From Podarcis gaigeae (lineage: Eukaryota): a stretch of DNA of 64,000 nucleotides. Below are positions 1 to 10,707 of this stretch, one piece after another. Position 1 is the stretch's first letter, and each line of letters begins with the position of its first letter. The notes below the pieces were generated by a model. The model was not told the origin of the DNA. It did not search any database and was given only the letters and a program-made list of their open reading frames with translations. Made by a program: the position numbers and the translations under genes. The stretch is taken from NCBI GenBank assembly GCA_964106915.2, contig OZ066922.1. One strand, given 5' to 3'.

Positions 1-2019
1 GTCACCAGAGTGCAGAAACCTACTGCTGTTTCTACAAAGGAAACTTTGAAATCCATCTTCCAAGAAAATATGCTGCAGATTGGGGTGGAGGCATGGTGAA
101 CAAATAAATACAAGGGACTGGAAGGGTAAATGGATGGGAGTCCCTTAGAACTGCTATAGTCACATGGAGGCTTCTCTCCAGATTCATGATCTCCAATATG
201 AACCAGTACAATATGAATTTTGTTTTACGTTATGTACAGATGGAATAATGATAGCAGGTAGCCTAAGAAGATTGTCAGGACATAAAACACAGAATAATAG
301 AATCATAGAATTTGAGATGGTAAAGCTGATAACTAAAACTAATTTATAAATGACAAATGAATGGCATATTATTGTTAGGGATCTAAGGGGATGGGCTCAA
401 ACATACACAATTTGTCTGCAACATAGATTTCCCAATAAGTTGCTTATTACTGTTCAGCCTGTCCTGCTTCTGGCTTGGCCATCCCCAGCACAGCCACCTT
501 CTTACCTCCTCCCCCTAGCAAGGCTCTCCACAGCTTAGGAGGGATAAAAGGGCAAGAACCTCCATCTCTAGTTCCAACAATTTGGCCCCTTTGTTGCTTC
601 CTCTGCTCTGTTTGAACCTGCCAAACCATACCTAATCCTGACAGGGTCTCAGGAACTTTGACATATGTATGTGGTCATACTGAGAACATTGGCAATCCTT
701 ATGCATGAATGCTTGGAGCACTTTAACAATCTGAACTGGCTGTAATATGCCACTACATGTTTATATTCATAAGTAATCAAAATGTTGATTCATAGTATTA
801 AGAATAAGAACTGGCTTCCATCACCAACACTACAAGTTTTCAATTTTTTTGACAGCCCAGAATACCATCTGCCACTGGAGATACACATCTTTGAATCTGG
901 ATGTATAATTCAAGTATAAACTACAGTTCTGTGCATCTGTTTTTAACCTAGCAGCTGTAGATTTTAAAAGTTATACTCCAAAAATGTTATTTTAAGACAT
1001 TGTGTATTAAATATCAATGAGGTTTTTCATTTTGTCGCACCAATTTCAAATAGGTTTCCCCGTTTTCTTCTTCTTCTAGTAATCAGAGCCAGGGAAATAA
1101 ACAATCTGTAGCTCTCAAAACAAGGTTTGAAATTTCATTAGTTAGTATGGCGTATCAGGTAGGCTCATTTATCATTCATTCCCGGAAACAAAGCCATTCA
1201 TTCATTTAAATGAGAGGTTTCCGTACATTACATTGAGGGAAATCACTAAGAAGTGAGATTCTGCTGCTAAATGAGGTGCAGAAGATGTTTTTCCACCTCC
1301 TTATTTCAATAAGAAAAGTAAATCACGGTGGAAAGGGCTCTGTCTTTCACTGTAATTAGAATTCATGTAAACATAAACCTTCTTCAGATGTTTTGGGCAA
1401 AGGCTTGTGGGTTTAGGGAAGGCAACGGATGGGGACATGCACACAAGCCTTCCCCTAATATCCTCATGTGTGCTGAATCCACATTCACACATTGGCCTTC
1501 CTACAAAGTCCACCCTTCCACACTGAAGAAAGTTCAGACGGTGGATTCAAAGCATATTGACATGACTGTGCTTAGAAACTTCTTCATGACTGAGAACCCT
1601 GATAACACAGTGTTTATGATTGCATGGAGGATTATATGCATGTTTAGTTGAACGCATTTTTCAGACTTTCTCTCTTAATGAACAGATGCTTAATGAGCTG
1701 GCAGTGAAGTCAGCACATGCAAGGACACTGGGGGAGAGGGATGAGTGTACTTCCTTACCCCTACTATGTTCAGTTTGCCCGCATGCAGGCAAATGCCTGA
1801 ATATTAATGCATGGCTTGTGAATAGATATATTGTCAATATTTCTCTCTAGTCTTTAGCTAATTTTAAAATACGCTGATTTATATTTTGATTCTTTTAGGT
1901 TAACTTGTTTTTAACACCTGATTTTTATCACTAATTTCAATGTATATTTTATGTAAACCATTTAGAGGTTTTAATGATTAAATGGAATATAAAACATATT
2001 AAAATAAATAAAATAGCCA

Positions 2020-2345
2020 ATGAGGCCACTACCTACCAGATACCAGACATGACAATACCATGTGACACAGATTATTTTAGAAAGATCTAGATCTTTGTAA
2101 TAGTTAGTTGAGTGAGTAATGGGTAAGAAACTGATACATAATCTAGAGAAGATGCAAGTGATGTTAATTAGGAGCTTCCTCAACTCAGTAGGAGTTTCTG
2201 TGCTAGATAGGTTTGCGATCTCTGTAAACTAGAAGTACATCAAATCCTCTCAAGATGTCACCACCCATTTTGACCTGGATGAACAGGAGAACTAGATCTG
2301 AGTGTCATCAGCATACCAATGTCATTTCATTCCAAATCTCAATAA
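2020..2345 (-). mobile_element. Degenerate L2-type LINE RT fragment
   Basis: The minus strand around 2290-2325 translates to HWYADDTQI*FS, the L2-style YADDTQ RT motif, and contains stops. Boundaries are approximate. Confidence 0.5.
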
Positions 2346-2449
2346 ACTTTTGAAAAATGCATTTTAAGCACTTTTATGGTGATTGCTTGCAAAATATTTC
2401 AAAATAATGACAGCAATGTTATTATCTGCCTATTCCTTTGACACTTCTC

Positions 2450-3900
2450 AAAGCAAAAAGGAATTGTCTCCTTAGGTTTCATACCAAGCACACACAAATT
2501 CTACGATATATGAAGAATTCTAATAGTAACAAACAAGTATACAAAAACCCAATTCACATTATGGATACAGTAACCATCAGATAACCCAGTATCTTCCTAC
2601 AAAAAAACCAAACAAATTATTAAGATTCAAATGGGAGAAGCAATAAAATGGCTACCTTGCATAAAGAAGAATCTTGAAAGAAGCTGCTGGCTGGAATTTG
2701 AGGAATCAACTGTCTGTATGTCATCCAGACCCAAAGCAGGAGTGCTGCATTTGTATGCCAAAATATGTATATGGGAAGTTTGCTCTATATTTCACCATTT
2801 AGTCCATTTGTATTGCTTCAGTGCTTTAGTAAACCCCAGTGCTATTTTTCTAGACAAAGAGGTGCTGGAATTCACCATGCACACCTCCCTCATTCTCTTA
2901 GAATGGCAATGGCACCCACCTGAGAGGGGCCGGAACTGAGTTCCGATTGAAAAAGCCCTGGTAGACTATTTTCAGAGTAGTATGTCACAAATGTACATAA
3001 TAAATAATGTAAGCTTATTCTGGACAGTGATAGCACCACAGAGTCATCAGCATACGGGAGCAGAGCAGAGGAATTCTGACAGACAATGGAGGGGCATGAG
3101 CATCAACATTATGGAGACAAGGGGCCAAATAATGTATAAATAAATTAAAAAAGAAAGGAGACTCAAATATAGCCCTGTCTGACACCCTTAGAGCAGGAAT
3201 TAAATTAGAAACCTGTCCATGCTATCCACATCTGAATTGGCTGAATGTTTGGTTATATAGACATCTGATGATGAATAGTAAATGTTTACTCATCAATGTT
3301 TTATATAATGTAGACCACAGCAATTCCCCTGAGAACAATTCAAAGGCATACCTATATCAATAAAGGGAGTGAAAAGCTTACCACCAGAAATAGAACCACA
3401 CTACGCAACTTCACAGTGGTGGTTTATAAAGCAGAATTACATTTGAAAAGGAAGAACCTTTTTGAGTGTGAATCTCCATCCAGTGTTTCCAATTAACATC
3501 CAGTATTTCCTTTTCATAAGCCAGCAGTTCTTTGATTCCCTCTTTGCACTCTAGCCCACACTCAAACACAATAAATATCCCCCCACCCCAGACAAGAGTA
3601 ATGTAACTTTAGCAGTAGGTCAAGAATTAGGTGACTTTCCAGGCAGTGTCATTAAGACCAACCTAAATTGTCTGGGTATAATGAATAACTCTGTCTTAAA
3701 TCCATGGAACTCCATTAACTATTCAATGGCGCCTTTCAAGGTATTAAAACCTACCAGCAATGCAGACGAATTTATATTATATCTTTAAGGCTACAAGAGT
3801 ATTAGGAAGAATGCCAACAAGATGAGCCACCATGTGTTAAGGATTAGCATGCTGTTTGTCACATTCAGATCACCTGACTCTGCTTTGCAAGCACGCTACC
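2450..3900 (-). mobile_element. Ancient RTE/RTE-X-like LINE reverse-transcriptase fossil, interrupted by a hAT MITE
   Basis: Minus-strand remnants include KGVRQGYI(L)SPFFFNLFI (~3135-3195, frameshifted), LLPYADDSVVLSLS (~3020-3065) and IEQ (~2785). There are many stops and frameshifts, and the ends are approximate. Confidence 0.6.
2837..2960. mobile_element. Short hAT-type MITE (124 bp)
   Basis: Termini CAGTGCTATTTTT...AAAAAGCCCTG, with an internal GAGGTGCTGGAA/GAGGGGCCGGAA repeat and a decayed 8-bp TSD gtaaaccc/gtagacta (5/8). Confidence 0.65.
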
Positions 3901-4304
3901 TCCAATTGTCACTGATTGTACGGTGAATTTGTCCAAACTCCAAACCGATAGCTTTGTTTCCATAGAACAGTATACTAAATTCCCAATCCAAGGCAAAAAA
4001 TAAGTTAGAAGACCATGTTCCCACCTGTATTTTTGGACTATAACCCTAGTGGGAGAGATTATTTGTTATCTGATCAACTTGCTTTCTCGGATGAACAGAG
4101 ACAAAGCCTGGGTAGGGCACTCAAGAGGCAAGTGATAGAATTATGGGGATCCAGCAGGTAATATAGTAATGCTTTTCATGTATTCTACTGACATAGGAGG
4201 GAGTTTACATGCAGATGCACTGACCACACTCATAGAAACCACATTTCTGCCGTTAGTGTGAAAGAGCATTGTGTGTGTCTTTGTAAGGCTCCTTTTTAAG
4301 GCTG

Positions 4305-4372
4305 GGAATCACCAGAGTGGCTGGGGAAACCCAGTCAGATGAGCGGAATCCAAATAAATTGTTGTTGTTGTT
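4305..4372 (+). mobile_element. L2 LINE 3' end with (TTG)n tail
   Basis: ccagagtggctggggaaacccagtcagatgagcgg matches the 3' end of the L2 copy at 19040-19080. Confidence 0.7.
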
Positions 4373-4478
4373 ACTTGTGGACACCTGTAAATCTGTACTT
4401 CACACTGAAACACACAGCTGCTGTGGAGTTGTGACTACTGTGTGCATGTCCATGTGCAGGGGTTGACATTTTTAAGTA

Positions 4479-4558
4479 CAGGGCAAGTCTTTTAAAAGAG
4501 GCCCCGTGGGTACAGAGTACACATGTTCCACGGGGCTTCTTTTAAAGGACTCACCCTG
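4479..4558. mobile_element. 80-bp palindromic Tc1/mariner-type MITE
   Basis: TA|CAGGG...CCCTG|TA; 33-bp inverted arms including the TA match 29/33, with an 18-bp spacer. Confidence 0.75.
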
Positions 4559-5399
4559 TATGATTCCACTTCCCCCTCACATATACATACAAGTCTTATT
4601 TGCAGGTCAAGAAAGTTACTGTGTTCTTTCAGTGCCAGCCAAAGTTAGAATATTCTACTAGCAAATAATATATCTCTTATTTACTTGATATTTTATACCA
4701 GCACTCAAATGTGTTTGATTTATACAGTACTGCAAGCAGACTAATTTTGCACCTGGGTTCAGGATGTTCATAAGAATGTATCTTTCTTTTTTGTGGGAAA
4801 GTTCAAGAACAGCTTATCTACTTCAGATTATTTCTTGTGCATTTTCCAGTGAAACAAACACATAAGGTCAGCATCTGCTTAATGTTATGACTCCTTTATG
4901 TAGTATAAGGGACAAAAAGTATACCCTGAAGACAAATCCCTCTGCGCTTAAAAACTTAACATGAAAGTGATGAAATGAAGCTTCCCGTGCAGACATATAT
5001 TAAGAAAGAAAGTTTAAAAACAAATGGAGAGAGGACAGAGTTTGGGAAGTTGTAGCAAAATGGTCAAGGAATAATTTCTAGGACACTGTCAGGCTTTAAT
5101 GTTTGTACATACAAATCGTGAAATGGAATGGCTTTAGGCTGCAGTCCCAGCCTAGAAGCAAGTTCCACTGAATTCAATGGAACAAATATTTCTGAACAAA
5201 TAGGATTGGATTATACTATAAAGCATTTCAAAGTAAGGTCGAGTTTGCATAATACACTTATGAGGAAAAAAGCTAACACATTAATGACTCTCGCACCTGC
5301 TCTTAGCCACCTTTTATCTCCTTTGACAGGGCACTTTTACACTTGAGGGCCCTCAAAAAACTTGTTATGTGTAAGAAAGGGAGACACAACTTTAAGGGA

Positions 5400-5587
5400 G
5401 GACCCATCAGATACAGCTTTGTGCATAAAGGCTGGGTTCAGTCTTCAGCATCTCTAGTTGAAAAATCACAGAAAACAGGACTAGGAAAGGCCTTCACAGA
5501 GACTTTGGAGAGCCACAGATAGCTGGAGCAGACATATGTTCTGGGATATATGAGTCATTGGTCTTAGAAGAAGAGAGCTTGCTATGG
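5400..5587 (+). mobile_element. Degenerate tRNA-derived squamate SINE (Squam3-like)
   Basis: Colinear similarity to the copies at 17429 and 32678 (gctttgtgcataaaggctgggttca...ggaaaggcc...tggagagcc). Confidence 0.45.
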
Positions 5588-5789
5588 TTAACCTTCCTCA
5601 TGAAGTAAATCCTTGAGTTTCCTTTAGAGTCAAGATGATAACTTGTAAAATGAGGAAGAGGCCTCTGAGTTCAATATGATGGGTGTTGTCCCCCTAATAT
5701 TGCAGCAGTTCAAGGGTTGAAATCAACCAAGTCCTACTGAAAGTAGACCCACTGAGAGGAATTCAACATCACATTCTTTTGTTCTTTCC

Positions 5790-6033
5790 ATCAGTTCAAG
5801 CATTTCTGCTTGCCAGATGTATTTGTATATGTTATCTTCACTAGTATCTTCACTTTTTATTAATAATATGCACATTTTTAAAATAATTGATTCAAATATT
5901 GCATTGCAACATTCAGATAAGTGTGAATTTTGAAAACTGGCTATGTTTTGGTTCTCATACTGTTTCAGAAAGTGAAAAGTTGATGAATTCACCTTTAAAT
6001 GTAAACTGAACTGAATTTCTCCCCCCAGCTCTA
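5790..6033 (-). mobile_element. Old AT-rich hAT-like MITE, same family as 34514-34886 (reverse copy)
   Basis: cctttaaatgtaaactgaactgaatttctcccc is similar to the reverse complement of the 5' part of the 34514 and 18300 copies. Confidence 0.5.
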
Positions 6034-9000
6034 GAAAACACTAAGGAACATATCATCACTCTCATGCTTCTTGTGATAGAACAGTGCTGTTGACAAGAAC
6101 AATACTGGTGACAAAATCTTAAGAGGGATTTATTTTGTTTTGATTATAATTTTCTCTGGTAGTGGTTAATGTGTTTGTGCCCATCTGGAACTTTTTTTCT
6201 ATCAGATTAAGACTGCTGATAAGCCACAATGATGCAAATCTATGAGTTTGTGCTTAGTTTTCTCAGGAATTGGCTTTTCCAACCATTCATTCATTGGTAA
6301 GTTGATCATGTGAAGACTGCTGCAATTTCTGCACATTTTACACTGTGTAAATATCAAGAGCCCAGAATTGAAGACTGGCCTAATAGCAATGTTGCTTTTA
6401 ATAAAAGGCTGTGATCCTTAGCATGATGTGGATTACCGATAGTCTGGTAAAATGAAGCAAACTAATTGTAAGCTGATTTGCCAGTTGCCTTCATGAGACT
6501 AAACTGCTGTTATTTACACCAAATGCGGTCAAGTATCCCTTTAATGCAGACATGGATTACACACATTCAGTGCAAGACGACATAATCCAGAAAGCACACT
6601 GAAATGTAACAGAAAGTCCGACAAAATCAGAAGCCAGCTGTTGGGTGCTTGCAATTAATTTGGTAGCTGCCTTGAAGATTTTTAATGAAGGATCAGCAAC
6701 CAAGAAATGACACAATACAGATCATGATCGCAATGACCAAAAAATTAAACATTTTGTTGCATTGTTGCATGTAAGCAGAAAATTTAAGATCAATTTAAAT
6801 TTAAATTTAAGATCAATTTAAGCAAAGCAAAACTTAACCGTGACTATTTTTGCTGTTTACTTGTGTGATTCTTTGAATCTTCTTTCTTTAGTGAGGACAT
6901 GAAAAACAATTTTCAGTTATTTCTCTCCCCCCTCAAGTCATTATAAGAAATCTGCTATATGTTCTCCTGTGGTTTTCCCCTCTCACTTCTGTCAATGCAT
7001 TTAAGCGAAAAATAGAATTGCAATCACTGTAAAACAAATTCCAGGAATGACAATTTTGGATGCTGTTCTTGCCTGTTCTGTTGAAAGCCAAAGGTTGAGG
7101 AACTCAAAATTCAGTTCAGCTGGCTTTGATTTTTATTTTTATTTTTAAAGAGGCAGATAGCATAAAATATTAAAGTGTTTAAGAATCTGAAAGTAGGGGA
7201 TTTGAACACATAACTTATGCACTGTAAAGATCTGCATGCCTTACCTTAGTGCTGTACTTTATAGCACATAAAATGTTAGGGGTTAACAATATAATCCTAT
7301 GTATGCCTACCCAGAACACACAGACCTCAATGTGAGTATGGCTGTTTTAATAGGATCATATATACTCATAGCAAGCTCAGCTAGTGTGTGCCAGCCAAAA
7401 CAGGATTACTGAAAAGCAAGAAGAAAGTATAAAAATGTTTATAGGTTTGCAGAACTACATCCTTAGGGGGGAAATTAATGGTAAAGCCACAGAATGCTGA
7501 GTGTCAAGGTGCTGGGGAAGGGGAGAGAACAAAATGAAGTCCCCTCAGAGAGAGTTATGTGTAGCTGTTTAGCATCAACCCTGAACACAAACATTATATA
7601 CTGTAACATTTTCTTGAAGATCCCAAACGTATGTGCCTCCTCATGAGAGAGATGACTTCTTCTCTTCTAAAAGGGAACAGGGTGTGGCAAATGTATCCCC
7701 CACATCAAACCAAATTTTTTAACATGGACTTGCTTGGTCATCTGTATTATTGAAAATGTAGGCATACGTGTGTGTTTCTCTGCCACATTTTCTAATGTCT
7801 GGTAAAGTTCTGGGGTTTATCCTGGAGTAAGGTTTCAGGCAATTGCCCATGGGTTACTTGGACACCTGCATTTTCCCTTAGAGCAAAGGGGGAAGAGGGG
7901 ACAAGTTCACACTTGAAAATAGATATGCATAAAATAGCCTGAGACGAGCTCCCAATTTTGCCTGTTCTGCAGTCACCTAGTTTGCCTTGGATTTAACACG
8001 AGGGATGGGGACAGAAAGTACAACTGATTCACTTTCCTGATCTCCGTGCAAAGTATTATTAAATTCATATGGGTGGTCACCAATAACATCCTCAGGGTGT
8101 CTTTCATCTTCATGTCTGCCACTGCCACAAATTATTTACTTTATAAAAATTGTAGAACGGCTGCTTCAGAATCAGAATTTCTCTCTTTCCATCCTTATAT
8201 TAAAATAATGTTTCTAGCCATCATCGATGAAGGCTACACTTTAGAATGGATCCAAAATGAGACATCTTCACTAGTGATCTAGTGATCTATTCACAGATAG
8301 ATAGAATAGATAGTGATCTATTCACAGTTCCTTCAGTAACTCATATTAATACCTGATGTCCCATGCTGTCTTACTATTGTTATCCCAATCATTAGATTTT
8401 TTCCCCCTGCTATCAGGACATCACAAAATAGAGTAACTACATTCCAAAATTCAGCAACTATTACATTACATTACAGGTTCAATTCCCATAAGGAAGAGCT
8501 GCATATTCCTGAACTTGGGGGAGGGGGTGACCCTTAGGGTCCCTTTAAACTCAGCTTGAAAGAGACTGAGAGAAGGAACTTCCTCTAGCAATTTATGATG
8601 ATTAAGTGGCAACATACCATCTGACAATGAACTTTTTTTTTTTTTTGGTCAACTTGCAAAACTGCAAAAAGAGGGCATAATTTATTGTGTAGAACTGCTG
8701 GAATTTCAAGGATTTGAGCTACGAACCTTTTCCCTATGTCCACCCTTCACCTTCTCAGATCCAAAACACAAGCTTATTACCCTCCTACAAAAGCCAGAGG
8801 AACAGAAGGAGCTCTGAAAGAACCACCGTCGTCTGGTAATTCAGTCTCCAACATGATGTGTTTGAAAGATAAATGGCCAGATAATCAAAGATGCTTCTCT
8901 AGTCAAAATCTACACGGACAGTGTGCAAATAATCCTGTGGAAGATAAAGCACCTATTACCAGCACAGAGTGTAAGTCCCTCTAAGCAAGGCTTCGCCTGT

Positions 9001-9574
9001 GCGAATGACTGATACCATCTGGAAGCAGAAGATTGACAAGCCAGAAGACAGTTAAAGATAACAACAGGGCACCTGAGATTCACTGAGGGAATTTATCACT
9101 GTCACAGTGTGCGATAAGTGGCACACTGCAAGTGTTTCCAGGCTTTAATGGTTTCCCCTTTCCCACTCTCCTTAGTCTCATTTTTTTTTTCCAGATTCCC
9201 CAGGCTTACTTCACATACAAGTAATGCAATGAGGTCACTTTATTCCAAATTGTAGCTTTATTTTGTGTGCATTGTTGTTGTTTTATAAAATGGATGCAAT
9301 TGGCCTATTTTACTATTTCACAACAGGGAGAAGGTGAGCATGAGAAAAAACAATTCCAAGTCCAAGGAGGAAAGCAAGCAAGAAATTGTATCACTAAAAT
9401 GCTGAGGGATACTTTACAATCTCATTAAATGGCAGTAAGTGCTTGCCAACCTCAGAGAAACCAATGCCAGGGGAAAGCATGTGTGAAACAGAGCTTCCTA
9501 ATCTTCTAGGTACCTTACATTTTGTTTCCCATATTCAAATCCCAATTTAAGACTTCTTTTTTTGGTGTGCTTTA

Positions 9575-9670
9575 GCAGATGGGGCTAAATACATCCAGTT
9601 CCAGGGTGTTTAAAGCAGAGGCTGGACAGCCATCTGTTGGCAGATGCTCCAGCTCCAGCTTTCCTCTACT
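9575..9670 (+). mobile_element. CR1 LINE 3' fragment
   Basis: tttaaagcagaggctggacagccatctgttgg is a CR1 ORF2-end/3'UTR motif, shared with 25866-26020. Confidence 0.55.
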
Positions 9671-9699
9671 GAACATCGCCATACAAAGATCCCTCCAAA

Positions 9700-10255
9700 G
9701 CATAGCTTTCATTGGAAGTATGCATTGCAGTTTTGAAAAAGATTTGGTACTGATCTTTTTGCAACCTGGGCTTTTCAATCACCATTGAATGGTTTTCAAA
9801 TTATTTGTGACAGATTTGGGATTCCTCATGGACACATGTGAATGGTGTTGGAATGTTATGGGCTTCCTTGATATTCCTTTCCTTTCCCCGTCAAACAGAA
9901 TACCTATCACAAGCACAAACAGTGGTGATGATGACAATGTTTTGTATGCTACTATTCTGGTGTTGTTTTTTGCTACTGATTAGCTTCATGTATGTATTTA
10001 GGCTAGCCTAATCATAGTACTTTATACAATGTTGTTTGGTTTAAGATGTTAAATTAGTGTTGTGCTGTTATTTGTATTGTATTTGTTTTGTTTTTACAAT
10101 GCACAGATTGATTTTTGCTGTGCCTACTGATATTGTGATTTATAATAATGGTTTCTAATGTTTTTGAATTGTTATGCTTCCATTTGATATGTTGTGAGCC
10201 ACTTTGGGCACAGTGTTGTGGGAAAGTGGCATACAATAAACAGATGATGATGAAA
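9700..10255 (+). mobile_element. Old L2-type 3' UTR/tail
   Basis: A T-rich 3'UTR ending tgtgagccactttgggcac...gaaagtggcatacaataaa(gat)n. Confidence 0.45.
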
Positions 10256-10405
10256 TAGTAGTCAACTCTGTGGGCATTCTACCAAAACAATGAGCTAGAT
10301 GGAGCAACAATCTGACTCAGTATAAGGCAGTTTTCCTATGTTCTCATGTTCATGTGACCAGAACCATGTACACACAACATTTTTGCTGGATATATAATTG
10401 CACAA

Positions 10406-10707
10406 TATCCATTCTTAAGGAAATCAGCCCTGAGTGCTCACTGGAAGGACAGATCCTGAAGCTGAGACTCCAATACTTTGGCCACCTCATGAGAAGAGAA
10501 GACTCCCTGGAAAAGACCCTGATGTTGGGAAAGATGGAGGGCACAAGGAGAAGGGGACGACACAGGACAAGATGGTTGGATAATGTTATTGAGGTTACCA
10601 GCATGAGTTTGACCAAACTGCGGGAGGCAGTGGAAGACAGGAGTGCCTAGCGTGTTCTGGTCCATGGGGTTATGAAGAGTCGGACACGACTAAACAACTA
10701 AACAACA
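10406..10707 (+). mobile_element. 5'-truncated Bov-B (RTE) LINE
   Basis: Translates to SILKEISPECSLEGQILKLRLQYFGHLMRREDSLEKTLMLGKMEG, the Bov-B ORF C-terminus. It has a (CAA)-type tail and a perfect 14-bp TSD atataattgcacaa (10392-10405, 10708-10721). Confidence 0.95.

Noticed and set aside
273-643. Solo LTR defined by TGTCAGGA...TCCTGACA
   Set aside because: There is an 8-bp inverted match, but the flanks (aagat/gggtc) give no TSD. An alternative boundary is reported as a low-confidence finding.
6781-6821. Short tandem duplications (also 63674-63705)
   Set aside because: These are ordinary two-copy slippage duplications with no array or spacer structure, and are not CRISPR-like.
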